Shown piece by piece: positions 1 to 14,950 of a stretch of 64,000 nt of DNA. The position numbers were made by a program, and so were the translations under genes. This DNA is from the human T2T-CHM13v2.0 reference genome, Homo sapiens, in NCBI RefSeq assembly GCF_009914755.1, contig NC_060926.1; one strand, given 5' to 3'. Within the stretch, counting starts at the first letter, position 1, and the number at the start of each line of letters is the position of its first letter. Below the pieces are notes generated by a model. That model made no database searches, was not told the DNA's origin, and was given only the letters and a program-made list of their open reading frames with translations.

Positions 1-217
1 TGGTGGTTGCCAGGGGCTGGGGGGAGAGGAAAATAGGGAGTTGGCTTAATAAGTACGGTGATTCAGTTTTGCAAGATAAAAAAGTTCTGGAGATCTGTCA
101 TACAATAATGTCAATGTTTTTAACACTCCTAAACATCACACTTAAAAACAGTTAAGATGGTCCATTATATGTTGTGTGTATATGTTTTTTTTACCATAAT
201 TAAAAATTTAAAAAAAG
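1..217 (+). mobile_element. L1MB-like 3' end
   Basis: gtggttgccaggggctgg..aaagttctggagat..cttaaaa..gttaagatgg..A-rich tail. Confidence 0.8.
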
Positions 218-550
218 TGGACCTATAGGCGCTAGCTATCATATTTCTAAGGCATTTTAAATTTCTTCACTAACTTCTCAGCCTGCTTTCCATAGGTCTC
301 TGTACACTGCTTTGTGGAGAATCCTTGATCCTTATCCCACCTTTAACTTGATTATCCCATGCTTATGCTATGGAATAATCTTTGATCTCTGCTTCATTGT
401 TACTTTATGGCAAGTATTTACTTAATGCTTAATATTCAGAATCAAAATGATAAATACAAGCGACTACTTATGAGATATGTTTGCAAAATAAGATACAGTC
501 ATCTTGCAAAGAGGCCCCGCTGTATGGCCACTGTTAAGATTCTATATCAA

Positions 551-908
<358 letters not shown>

Positions 909-2059
909 TTAGGTTTATAGGACACAATGTTGAAATTTGTGTGTAGTAGAGCCAGGGCTATGCTGTTCCATGGTCCATTCTCTTTGTTAAATTGCCTTAT
1001 GGAGCCAGTCTTTGCCATGTTGCCTCATAAACTTTTACAGCAAACATCCCTGTAAATATTGGACACGGAGTGGGGAGTGATAGAAGGGAATGTAATTGTT
1101 TTAGTTTTAAATTTACCCTTGTCTAAATTTGTCTTTCACATACAGCACAAGGAGTGCCTATAAGTCATGAAGGCATTCACCCTTCTCAAGGCTGGATTGC
1201 ATTTAAACCATTCCAGAGAGATGAGGGAAGCACCCCTTAGGAGAGGGAAGAAGTAATCCCACAACCTGTCTTAGTAACTCATCTCATGTTTGACAAATCT
1301 TGCCATAAGGGTCTTTGTAGGTAGTCCATGTCTCATCTCCTGCAATTTCCTCCTCCCCCGACCCCCTTTTCTGGTTACATCATTAATGGATATGAAAACC
1401 AGCTGGCCTCCTTCTTCTGTATGAAGCTTTTATAGATATAAATATGATTCAGTTTGTCAACTACTTTGCTAAACAATACTTTCCTCTAAACTTGCCCCAT
1501 AAATTTTATTTTTCAGGTCCTTTAATTATCTTTTTGATACTTCTCTGAATCATTAGTAAGCTTACCGTACTGCTATAAAATTGTGGGATTCAAGTTTTCG
1601 TGGAAAGCTAGTATATTTCTGAACATTTTTGAGATTAGTAGAATTACTTATTCTTATATAATATTCATTACAAAAATCATTGTTAAATCACCTTCTATCA
1701 ACTAAGAAAATCAACTTCTCTTTGAGAGATTTTTAGTCTATAAGGAAAATAGATGGCAATAATAGAAAATATATAATTATATGTTGGTAAAAATGAGAAA
1801 CAGTTAGGATGAGCATGTATAACTATGAGAAGCTCTCCCCATACCATAAATTTTTAATTATCTTCTTATTTTCTTAAATATATAATGAACAAAGTTAAAA
1901 ACATCTTAAATCACATCATTTTGAGGTATCAGGATTCCACATTTTACTGACAATCTTTTTGTGTTTCTCTTTATATTTATTTTCACACATTTATAATTTA
2001 TCTTAAATGTGATTATGTCATTACTGTTATTGGTCATATTTTAAAACATTTTCTGTATA

Positions 2060-2340
2060 TATACTTGTCTTCACCTGCTCTCCCTTCTCCTCCAAGTAAC
2101 TAATGTATTTACCCTTCCAGTCCTTTTCCTTGGATATATAATTATATTTGAGTATGTGTTTAAAGGCTTATCACTGTTTATTTTAGAGAAAATTATATAG
2201 TCTTTTATGCATCTTGCTTTATCACTAAACAACTCTTTGTAGAAATTTCTGCCAGGCAACCTGTATACATTTAACTCATTTATTTTCATGGCTGCATTAT
2301 AGTATGAATGTAACACTATTAAATCAACCAGTCTCTCATG
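2060..2340 (-). mobile_element. Old L1M 3' fragment
   Basis: ttaactcatttattttcatggctgcattatagtatg, typical antisense L1ME 3' end. Confidence 0.5.
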
Positions 2341-2499
2341 TGTTTGTAATGTTCTTAGTTTCTATATCAGGCTAGATCTTCAGAATGTGCTTCTATTGCC
2401 ATGAATATGTCAGAACAGTAGAACACATCCTGGGCAACACAACGAGACTCCTGTCTCTACAAAACCATTAAATAGCTATGCCAATGAAATGAAAGTAAA

Positions 2500-4030
2500 T
2501 GACTGGTACACTTTACACAAAAATCTAGAGAATGACAAAGGCAACAAAAAAGGAAGGAATTAATAAAGATAAAAAGGGAAAATAATGTATTAGAAAACAA
2601 AACAAAAAAAGGAGTACTAAAAATAAGTTCAGAATCTGGTTCTTTGGGAAAAATCAACAAAACAGACAAACCACTTTCCAAATTAATGAAGAAATAAGAG
2701 AAGAAGCTCAAGAATACACAAATTAGAAATAAAAAAGTCCAGAGGAGAGAAAACTTTAAAAATTATGAGACTACTTTGCACTACACTCTGAAAATAAATT
2801 TGAAATGGGTAAATTTATGGTGTAATACAATTTAACAGTAGATGTAGAAAGCCTAAATGGACCAATTAAGAGATAAGAAATAGGAAAGTCAAACAACACT
2901 CCACTATGAGGCCCAGATGGTTTCACACAGGAATTTACTACAACTTTAAAGATCAGTTAATCCTAACAGTATTTAAACTATTCCAAAACATGGTTTAAAA
3001 ATAAAGCTTCCAAATTCTTTTTATGAAGTAAATTGATCCCAAAACCTGACAAAATTTGCTCCAAAAAATAGAACTACAGGTCAATCTTACTGTCTTTTTC
3101 CTTTTGGGCTGCTTTAACAAAATACCTTAGATTGGGTAAATTATAAAGAAGAGAATTTATTGCTCTCCATTGTGGAGCTTGAGAAGTATGAAATCAACGC
3201 ACCGCAGATTTGATGTATAGTGAGGGACAATTCCTCATAGAGGGCAACTTCTTGCGGTATCCTCACATAGCAGAAGCGGCGAGCAGGCAACCTCATGCCT
3301 CCTTTATAAGGCATGAATCCCATTCATGAAGTCTCCACTCTCATGACCTAATAACCTCCCAAAGACCCCCCACCTCTTAATACCTCACTTTGGGGGTTAG
3401 TTTCATCACATGATTTTGGGGAGAACACTTGCATTTGATCATAGCACTCATCGCCATCAATTAAAATATTCTAAATATTGTCAAAGAGAACCCAATAGCC
3501 AATTAATAAAATAATACATTATGACTAAATGAGTTGTTTCCATGCAAAGCAAAGCTCATCATGAGAAAATCAGCTAATATGATCTATCATTTTAATACAA
3601 ATAAGGAGAAAAATTATATGATTATCTCCATAGATGCAGAAAAATAATTTGACAAAATTAAATAATAGTTCAATAATATGGAATATGGTGGATACTTTCT
3701 AAACAAGATAAAATATGTATACCTCAGACTACTAAAGCCAGTTTTACTTAATGGACAAGCATTAGAGGACTTCCTGCTAAAATGAGAAACACAGCAAGGT
3801 TGCACATCTCTATATTATGTTAGAGGTAGTAGGCAATGAATTTAAACAAGACAGAGTAATTAGAGAAATAAGAATTAAAATGAAAAAAAAAAGCTGTATC
3901 TACTTGCAGATAATATGATTATGTATCTGAATAGCCTCCAAAAATCAATGTGAAGAGTATCGTAAACAAAAGTTTAGTAAAGTAGCAATTTATAAAATAA
4001 TATGAAAATTAAATAAAAATAAGTATTACA
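2500..4030 (+). mobile_element. L1M ORF2 remnant (split by MaLR LTR)
   Basis: aaaatcaacaaaacagacaaacc, gcccagatggtttcac, atgattatctccatagatgcagaaaa (MIISIDAEK). Confidence 0.85.
3091..3446 (-). mobile_element. MaLR LTR (MST/MLT1A class)
   Basis: gctgctttaacaaaatacc..ttataaag..cctcacatagcagaag..atagca terminus. Confidence 0.85.
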
Positions 4031-4079
4031 GGTAAATATGTATTTAATGCTCAACAACAGTCATTTTGCAGTTGTCTCT

Positions 4080-5400
<1,321 letters not shown>

Positions 5401-6416
5401 AGTCATGTACTCTCTGAGATCTATCTTCTCCACTGCCCCGCTTTCCCCCCCTCCCACTCTGCTGTTGCTGCATCCACTGTTGGGGTGTCCACCACTGGCT
5501 TAACTCCCTCATACTTTTAGCATGACCTGTGGACAAGAGGTCTCATTCTGCTGACTCAGCTGACCCAGCTCTTGGTGAAGCTGTAAGTTCCCCCAAGGTC
5601 TAGCTGTGACTTTCATTTGAAACTTGATTTGGGTGGTCAGTCCTCTAGCTCTCTGCTACAGGGTCATTTTTTTTTTAGCCCTTTGTAGCCCTTTAGAGTT
5701 TGTTTTGACCTGCCCTTATTGCTTTTGGGATCTGGGTGTGTTTCCCGATGTGTCACTCCCTCTGCCATATCTGTGTTTTAACTTTGGTTGAGGTCAGGTA
5801 TAGAGCCCTTTCAGAAATAACTCCCTGTATCTAACTTGATCTCTGTATTTCTACCATTTTTTTTCTTTTGGTGGGAATATTGCATCTTGCATCTTTTTAT
5901 ACTCTCAATGTTCCAGATTCTAAAACTTTGAGTTCAATACATGTTTGTTATTTCAAAAAGCCTAGTTCTTACAAGAGGAGCTCTGGCTTTCATGGATTAA
6001 CTTTCCATGATTGCTTCAGCTAGGCATTTAATAATAATATTTAGAAATTCATCCATCTTATTTTTTCATGCTTCCTTCCCTCAACAGCAGCACAGATGAA
6101 AAGCTGCCATTGTTATCGCTTAAATGCCTGGGGAGAGGGTGATGAACACAAATAAGTGTGTCCATGAAGACTGTAAAAGAAAATTGCCCCAAAGCTCATC
6201 TGGGACGGAACTTTTGTGTAATGTAATTCACAATCTCCTTCTAGGGGGGTGGGAAATAGCATTCCTGAAAAAATATTTAAGCGATTTCCTGAGGGATTCT
6301 AATGTGATCAAAACTTGTTTTGGGAATCCAGTCACTCACTTAGCCAGCTGATGTCTGTCGAGAATTTAATAACTTTTAACAAACCATTCTTTTTTTGTTG
6401 TTTTTTGAATCTAACA

Positions 6417-6624
6417 ATGTGTGCTTTTTAACCAAAGGCAATTTTGTCCCCCAGGGAACATTTGGCAGTGTCTGAGGGTATTTTCTGATTGTCACAACTT
6501 GGGGTGTTGGTGTTACTGGCATTTAGTGGTAGAGGCCAGGGATGCTACCAAACATCCTGTACATCCTAACAATGAAGAATTATCAGGCCCAAAATGTCAA
6601 TAGTGCTGAGGTTGAGAAACACCC
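6417..6624. mobile_element. MER20 (hAT)
   Basis: ggcaattttgtcccccagggaacatttggc..gtagaggccagggatgct..aaaatgtcaatagtgctgaggttgagaaac. Confidence 0.9.
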
Positions 6625-8668
6625 ATAGAGTCATTGTCTATTCCTCTAAAATACCCTACTGAATCTTTGAATTGGTCTGCTAAGGCCTTTTCCCTTGAAG
6701 TAAGATTTAGTACAATTTTTATATATTTTCATAACTAATTTGTTTAAAGATTATTTTTGTTTTTTAAAACAGGGGACAGGGAGAGAAACCTCAGTTAATC
6801 CCTAAAAATATTATCCTACAATACTGGGTAGCTGTCAGGCTGCTGTGACCTGACCTGCTTTTCATGTGTACATAATTCCCAGGCCCGGCAGGAAACCTCA
6901 GTCTTTTGCCTTAAACAAGGACTTCTGGTGTCAGAGCTGATAATAAACTGGTATTGACCTTACTGATGTTGACCATTGAGGTTAAGCCCAACAGCGTGTT
7001 GTTTAGTACTGTCTCCTAATGTTTTAGTTTCTAATTCAGCATGGCTCACAACCCATCAACTTGTCTCCTGGTTATTTGAGTGCTTGAATTTGTTTTTTGT
7101 TCTTGAGCAACTGTTTCCAACAGCATTTCTTAGTTGCCTACTTCCCCTATCAGCAAGGGGAGTCTGCTTTACTGACACTGTTTTTCTTTTTGACTAAATG
7201 TTGTATTTGTAGAAACTAGCCTTCTTTCCCTCTTCTGCCACTAGGAAGGGGGAATATAGAGATCTGCTTGTGAGATGGGGAGGAGAAAAGTGGAGAAATA
7301 CCAAGAGCACTCCCATCCTGCCTATGAGGGAATACGGAGCGCAGGAAAGACAGCGTGTGAAAGAGTATAGCCTTCTCTCTGAGTTTTGACAAATACCTAG
7401 GAGAAGAATGTATGTACCAGATTTTCATTTTTGCAAGACAGATGGAGGTATTGGGAGTCAAGCATGAGTTCACAAAATGGAGAAAGCAAGAAGAAAAAGA
7501 AAATTCTACAGAATTGTTTGAAAGAGATTTAGTAGGTTTTTTTCCTCCTACATTTTCATGGAAAAGGGGCACATTTTTAAAGATGCAATTTACTTAGTGG
7601 AGGCTTTTAGTGCCTAGAAACACAAGATAATTGTCTTTTTCAAAAACATGAGAAAACATTAGCCAAACATTTATTTATTCAAGGCTATAGGAAATTGATG
7701 TGGAAGCTGGGAAAAATGTATTTTTTAACAATTTTTTTTCTATAAAATAATGGCTTAAATGTACCTTTGCTTTGCTTGAAGAAAAGTGAGAACATTAGGA
7801 AAAGTATGAAATTCTAAAAATATACATTCCATTAGACATCATCTTCTACAATATTGAGACAAAATTAGGAAGATTTTTAGGTATTTGAGATTATTACCTT
7901 GTACTGTTGGCTCACATCTTGTAACGTTATTTTTTTTCAGTAATAACAGACTGCTGATTATTTTCCAAGCACTCCCAACCACTAAGAGTGTAAATCTCAG
8001 CCTAAATGGCCTGTAATCATCTAAGAATTCTCCCACGTCTCAGCCAGCAGGCTCCCCTTCAATTCACCTCTGATGCTTGTGCTCACTCTTTGACTTACTT
8101 TCCTTCAAGTTTATTTATTTTTTCCCTAGAAATAAATCCTTGGAGTTTCTTTCCAATTTGGGCTATCTTCTTAGGTCTTACTCAGTTGGCTGTTAAGATT
8201 TGTTTTTGTAAATTGGTAGACCTGGTTTAAACTTCCAAGTCAATTCTGAAGGTGTTACTATGTATGATGACAGTGATAAGGATTTGAAGGAGTTCATGTT
8301 TCTATCATGTTCCCTAAAGTATTAAGTAGAGTGTGGTTTTTTAAAAAGAGATATTAAGATATATGACTCCAAGCATGAAAAAAAAAAAAAAAAAGAAGAT
8401 AGTCATTTGACGAAAGTAGAATAGCTGTCTATTTCCCCTGCAATGTGTATCCTGCCTGGCATTGGAGAGCCAGGGATGAACAGGAGAACGGAATCCCTGC
8501 TTTACTGGGTAATACCAGGACAGTATAAAACAGGATGAAATGGATGAAATGTGGTCGATAGGGAAGTAGAGGGGGTGGCAGAACCATAGGAAAAGGACAT
8601 GAACTTAGGGAACTGGGACTTTTTCCCGGGGGGAAGAGATATTTAAATTGAAAATCAAATGACCCCCT

Positions 8669-9084
8669 TGTACAGTCCATTCTTATATTGCTATAGAGAA
8701 ATATCGGAGACTGGGCAATTTATAAAGAAAAGAGGTTTAGTTGGCTCCCAGTTCTGCAGGCTGTACAGGAAGCATGATTTGGTACCTGCACAGCTTCTGG
8801 GGAGGCCTCAGGAAACTTACAATCACGGTAGAAGGCAAAGTGTGAGCAAGGTGTCTCACATGGGGAGAGCAGGGACAAGAGGGAGGGGGAGGTGCTACAC
8901 ACTTTTAAACAACCAGGTCTTAGGAGAACTCGCTATCCTGAGAACAGCACCAAGAGGGTGGTGCTAAGCCATTCATAAGAAACTACCCCAATGATCCAAT
9001 CACCTCCCATCTGGCCCCATGTCTAACACTGGGGATTACAATTCAACGTGAGACTTGGTGAAGACACACATCCAAACCATATCA
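8669..9084 (-). mobile_element. MSTA solo LTR
   Basis: TG..ccaaaccatatCA with perfect 5-bp TSD cccct (8664-8668 / 9085-9089). Confidence 0.92.
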
Positions 9085-10594
9085 CCCCTTTTCAGTTTCT
9101 CCATTAGTGAAATGAGGAAAATTATATAGCTAAGGTCCTATTGCTCAAAGTAGGACTTGGGCTAAAACCAGCAAATTTATCTGTGTTTTTTGTGTTTATG
9201 GGTATGTGCCTAAATTTTATTACAGATGTGTCTTGGGACTAAAAATTAACAAAGCCAAGACACTTGTGGAGAATTTGGGTAAATGATTTGCCCTTCTTGA
9301 ACTTCACTCTGTGTTGGGGAAAGAGGTCTTAGGCTGCTGCCCAGCCACAGGCTAAATTGACCTGGCTGTCTTCAATTCTCCTTTTGAGTGGGTGATAGTT
9401 AAGCAAAATGTCTGGTTAAAAGTGTCTAATGTTAACAGCTAGAAAATTCCATTTAGTCTTTGCTTTGAGGAGGAGAGGCAGAGTAGCTATTATACCATCC
9501 CCAGCAGGAGATTCATGTATGTGCATCAGGGAACACTTTCAGAAATAAACCCTTGGTGGACTTTGGCCTGGTCCTCACCGGGGGTGGTCTCAAACCCTGG
9601 CTGCAATTGACAAGTAGGAACTGTGGATAATTTCTAGGCATGGGATCCTGGTATTAGTATTAAAACATGCTTCCCTGCTTAACTTAATGGGCAGTCAAAG
9701 TTAAGATACTTTGTACCAGGGAGTAGCATGCCAGGAAAATTGATTTTCAGTTCATCTAGTCTCCTAACCATTTAAGAGGCATTTGGGAATGGGTTGGCAT
9801 TGTTAGTAGTTACTTATATCTACTGTTCAAGCAAGCAGGTGGCCAGCATCTGCAGACAGTGCCATGTGACTATAAAAACACTATGAGAACAGTGAAGGAG
9901 AGCCTTCCCAATAAGCCTACTGGATTCCACACTATCTCCCTGCTTTCCCGCAGTAACATGGTATATTCACACTGGAGAATTTGACTTTATTTCTCAGGAT
10001 GGATTACACCTACATGCCCTCCCAGGCATCATGGACATGAACAACAATACGGAAGATTTTGTGAAAGCAGAAAGCAGAGTGACTTGTTGACCAAATATTT
10101 GCAATTCCTTTTTTAATGATGTAATTCTTTAAAACAATTTGTAATCTTTAAAAAATAACTTCAGTAATATATATTCATTGAAAAAAATCAGAGAATAAAA
10201 ACAATTAAATATAAGAAAATAAGACTATTATAACCCAGAAAAACAATAACATTCTTCTGTGTAGATGAACTTCTAGGAGTGTCTCTGTAAATGTTCATGT
10301 AAATGTAAATGTTTCCAGGGTGGAGTATTTGCAAGGAAAAACAAACCTTCCTTTTGCCACTCCTAGCTGCTTCTCAAGAATAAAATATTAACATGTCATT
10401 GTGTTAACAGAACTGATTTTTTTACTCTCAGAAAAGATTCTATCTTTTCCAGGGATAAAAAAGTGGAAGTAAAATAATGGTTGAAGAAAAAGAATATTTC
10501 ATTCTGCCACAGTTCTAATGGTTCAAATATTTGCTCCCTATGGAAGAGTAAAGTGTAATTGCAGGGTATTTGCACACATACCTCCAAGACCTTC

Positions 10595-11091
10595 TGTACT
10601 AGACCTTGACCTATTTGTGATCAGATCCATTCTTTCTTGGCTCTATAGGCAAAGGATGGGGACGGGAGTGACAGCTGCAGACAGTGCTTCCTGTTGTCCT
10701 CAATTTCTCCCTTATCTGGCTTATATCAGGGTTTGACCAATGGGACACCTTGGTGAGAGATTGGAGGGCTGCAGCAAGGAAGGAGCCAGGGTATTTTGAC
10801 CCCCACTCCCTGCCTTCAGCTTTGAGGGACATCTCTTCCAGCTTCTATGTGACAGGACCATCAAGGTCCTCACTTCGGACAACATCAGCCTTTGGTCTCT
10901 ACTGTCACCAACTTTCCCTTTGTCCCCCCAGCCTAGGGTTGGGGTAGTAGCTTCTTGCTTTTGCTAATCTCTCATCTTCCTCTGATTTTTCAACTCTTTT
11001 ATCTCCTGTGTATCCAATTCTCTGACTTAAATTCTCTCTATTTAAATGTTAGGGTGGTTCCTGCGTTTCTTGCTGGACCCAGATTGATATG
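10595..11091 (+). mobile_element. ERVL LTR (LTR33-like)
   Basis: gggtttgaccaatggga..gagagattggagggc..ccccagcctagggttggggtagtagcttcttgc..ctggaccc. Confidence 0.65.
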
Positions 11092-11117
11092 GGTTCAAAG
11101 TGATATAAAAATAATTT

Positions 11118-11291
11118 TCTTTTTTTAATTTTTAGAGATGGGGTCTTGCTATGTTGCCCAGGCTGGAATGCAGTGGCTATTCACAGGTGTGATCATAGTG
11201 CACCACAGCCTGGAGCTTCTAGGCTCAAGCACTCCTCCTGCCTCAGCCCCACAAGTAGCTGGGACTACAGGTGCTCACCACTGCATTGGGC
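11118..11291 (-). mobile_element. FAM fossil Alu monomer
   Basis: Single monomer retaining the 7SL-type cagtggctattcacagg segment. Confidence 0.85.
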
Positions 11292-11639
11292 AAGAAAATA
11301 TTTTACTCTCACCTAGGAGATATCAAAACATAATGCTGCATTTCATCACAACTGGCTCTAACTGACTGAAGTCGATTAAAGGCTATGAATTTTGGCCCTT
11401 TCTGGAACTAACTGAAGCTCTGGTCAATGAGCTGTGGGTCTTTTTTATAGACCAATGGAGTAATTTTATCATATCCAAAGGGGTAATTTTCAATGCCTAC
11501 TTAGCATAACTGCTATGAACACATCTCCTTTTTAGCAATCTTAGTTCAGATTAAGCTGCAGAGAAAATGAAAACCAAAAGAAAAGGTAAATGAGAAATAA
11601 ATACTAGTGGATCTCTTCAGTGACCTTTTCATCATCCAT

Positions 11640-12108
11640 ATCCTCTCTGCTCCCTTTTGTTCAGGTGTTTGACCCTGCTTACCTCAAAACTCCAGGGGTG
11701 GGCCTATACATAAGCTTATCCCCCTTGCTGGGGACTGGTTCAGGAATTGACATAGGACCCAGTTTGTGCCAATAAGCACTAAAGAGTGCTGTGCTAGAGA
11801 TTATGAGGAAAGTGCATCTTTTCTTTTCTGCGAGAGTTTTTTGTTTTGTTTTTTCTAATCTTCCTCTGAATGTTGTTGGCAGCTGATGTGTGGCCCAGAA
11901 GTGCTGCAGTCACTTCATAAACGGGAAGCCACACACACCAGAGGGCAAAACAGCAGGGACCTGGTCAGAGCCACAGATGATATCAACTCTGAAACCTGCT
12001 TAGTATTCTAGACTTCCAGTTATTTAAGCCAAGGAACTCCCTTTGCTTTGAAGGCAGGTTGAATTAGGATGTTTGTTACCTGTAGTATAAAGTATCCTAA
12101 TTTGTACA
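11640..12108 (+). mobile_element. Old MaLR LTR (MLT1J/K/L-like)
   Basis: gactggttcaggaa..gacttccagttatttaagccaa..gtttgttacctgtag..tcctaatttgtaca. Confidence 0.65.
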
Positions 12109-12547
12109 GAAAATTAGCAAAATAAGTACTAGGGGTAAGTGTTCTGAGTCTAATGGTTAAAAAACAAAGTAAGAAAAGAAAAAGGAAGAAGGAAAAAACA
12201 CCCAAGTGATTATATGTGAGCCAATTTTAAAACTTTTTATATGTGACCAATCACCTGACAAAAAGTATAGAGACACATTATTTTTTAAACAAATATATTT
12301 TAAAAGAAGTTCTGACATGTTTGTTGATATTTTATGTTAGCAATTCAGATGAAAGTGAAATAGCTATGATATATGCTGTTTCATCAATGAGATGAGAAGA
12401 ATTTGCTGACTTGGAAAATAGTTTTAGAACACTGGAAAAATTTTTCCTCAACTTTTTTGTGCCCCTCATGATGTAATGGCTACACTATATCACAACATCC
12501 TTTTAAATGTGATGTGCATGAATATTTTCTCCATCACTTTGTTAAGT

Positions 12548-12810
12548 GTGGAGTGACAGCTGCACAGTGCTTCCTCTTGTCCCCTTCATCTGGCTTTTCT
12601 TAGGATTTGATCGATGGAATACCTTGGTGAGCAACTGGAGGGCTGGAGGAGGGAAGAAGCCAGTGTATTTTGACCAACCCCTCTCTTCCTTGAGGGACAT
12701 CGCTTCCAGTTTCCATGTAACAGGACCAGCTTCCATGTGACAGGACCAGCTTCCATGTGACAGGACCATCCTCATTTCCTTCAGCTGACCTCAGCCTTTG
12801 GGCTCCACCA
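12548..12810 (+). repeat. Partial duplicate of the LTR33-like segment at about 10676-10905, with a 20-bp unit x3
   Basis: gagtgacagctgca..cagtgcttcct.. shared with the first copy; ccagcttccatgtgacagga x3 at 12706-12768. Confidence 0.8.
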
Positions 12811-13011
12811 TCCATGGGTCAAATCTGGCTGCCACCTCTTTTTGTAAATAAAGTTTTATAGAAACATAGCCATGATATGCATTTACATGTTGTCCATGGC
12901 TGCTTTTTCACTATGACAGTAACATTGAGTAGTTATGACAGAGACTGTATGGCCTGTAAAGCCTAAAATATTTGCTCTCTGAACTTCTATCAAAGATGTT
13001 GGTCAACCCCC
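12811..13011. mobile_element. MER58A
   Basis: aaatctggc..tttgtaaataaagtttta..gagactgtatggcctgtaaagcctaaaatattt. Confidence 0.85.
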
Positions 13012-13029
13012 AATTTAGACAATCAACAG

Positions 13030-13413
13030 AACAGTAATTCAAGCCCTGGTTTGTAGCATTTGCTGTTTTCTATGGTGTAAACCTGACCATCATGGCTGAT
13101 TTCAAGCTACCAACATGATGTCACTGAATTTGAGGCTGGAAAGAGATGTATATTATTTTGCTGTATTTCCACCATACAGATATAATGGATATAAATCACC
13201 CCAAGAGTATAGACAATAGTAAAATGTAGTATAGTTATTAGGAAGTGGTGAGTTTTCAGTATTCATCATCATTATTTGTAATATCATTTTATTTTAAATT
13301 TATAAAGTTTAATTTTTAATTACAGCTGTATTTAACAACTGACTTGCAAAACTTCTGAAAATTTAACAATTGAATCTTGCAAGCTCATATTAGCCAGCTC
13401 CAGCACACCTCTG
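13030..13413. mobile_element. MER63-like
   Basis: gatttcaagctaccaacatgatgtcactgaa..ccagctccagcacacctctg end. Confidence 0.75.
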
Positions 13414-13653
13414 TTTATGCTGTATGTTGCAGTATAAGCAACTTGGGTGAATGAAGTAGGTACTGGTGGTTGCCTTTCTATATTCATCCTCTACCCCAGT
13501 CATATATCTTGAAGATTGTAGGATGTTGACTCTCCTCTAATACCTGTAGCACAGAGATTTGCAGACAGTATTTCTCAACGAACATTTGTAGAAAAGTTCT
13601 AGTGATTCTGGTACATACTATACTTGCCCAAGCGTCTGAGTGATTCTATAAGC

Positions 13654-13999
13654 CAGGGGTCCACAAACCCCACAGCCGTGGACTGGTACCAGTCTGTGGC
13701 CTGTTAGGAACTGGGCCACACAGCAGAAGGTGAGCAAGGGATGAGTGAGCATTACTGCCTGACCTCTGTCTCTTGTCAGATCAGCAGAGGCATGAGATTC
13801 TCGTAGGAGTGGGAACCCTATTGTGAACCATGCATGCGAGGGATCTAGGTTGCACGCTCCTTATGAGAATCTAACTAATACCTGATGATCTGAGGTGGAC
13901 CAGTTTCATCCAAAACCATCCCCCACTCCCCACCCTGTCTGTAGAAAAATTATCTTGCATGAAACCAGTCCCTGGTGCCAAAAAGGTTGGGAACCACTG
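13654..13999. mobile_element. MER1B
   Basis: caggggtcc..tggtgccaaaaaggttgggaaccactg; 8-bp TSD ctataagc / ctgtaagt. Confidence 0.9.
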
Positions 14000-14814
14000 C
14001 TGTAAGTTAACCCTTGTCTTCTGATTTATTATGTGTGTTACCTTGGCCATTGTAATTTTATGTGAGCCTAAGCATCAGATACTCTTTCACTAGTGAAAAC
14101 TATAATAACTGCATTCATTTTCCCTCAAAAGAGTGAGGGAAAAATGGCTGAATTCATTTGAGATCCATTCATGACTAGAAACAAGTGAATTTAAAAGAGA
14201 ATTGAGCTCCAAATTATCCAACAGCTAGATTTTTTTATACCTTGAATTGTGTTCAAGAGAACTTAGGATGTGCTGTGGGATGCTGTAAGAATCAACGCAT
14301 CCATTCCTCAATACAGGCATGCTTCGAAACATCGTGTTGTATATGATAAAAGCATACAATGTTATCTGTCAACTTAAAAAAATTAAAAGAACCTATCTAA
14401 AGGTTAATTCATGAACAATTTCTAAGGTAAATTTATGTAAATAGGTCATTCACAGTGTTTAGTGTACTGAATTTAGGATTCCTAGTTAAGGCAGAAAGCA
14501 CCTTCTAGAATATGTCACCTCTAAACCAGGTCAGTTGCTCTCAGGTTAGGAGTCTGAAGCCAGTTTCACTGTGCACAGTTTTCTGGTTCTTGTTGCTCAT
14601 GTCTTTTCCCACACTCCACCTTCAGGTTGGGCTATGGTGGAATCTTTGAACACTGAAGTGGATGTGAGTTTCCGTGGAACCCACTGGATCTGAAAATATC
14701 TTTGTGCATGGGGAGGTAGACCTATCAAATGAAAATCTCTGGGAGTACAGTTAAAGAATCTGTACCCCCAGATAGTTCTCATGAGCTGTCAGACTGGAAA
14801 CCACTGCAGGCTTG

Positions 14815-14950
14815 TTTTTTATAGACAGAAAACCAAGATTCAATAGTTTTAGTGACCTAATTGAGCCTACCTACCTAGTTAGTAGAACAAGGAAAGCCAG
14901 TGGCCACATCTCCTGACTCCCAGGTTAGTGTCTTTCCACTGTCACCTGCC
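14815..14950 (-). mobile_element. MIR fragment
   Basis: atagacagaaaaccaag..agtgacct..ctagttagtaga..tcctgactcccag. Confidence 0.6.

Noticed and set aside
12706-12768. Short direct repeats as a CRISPR-like array
   Set aside because: The units are contiguous with no spacers, the context is mammalian, and no cas genes are present.
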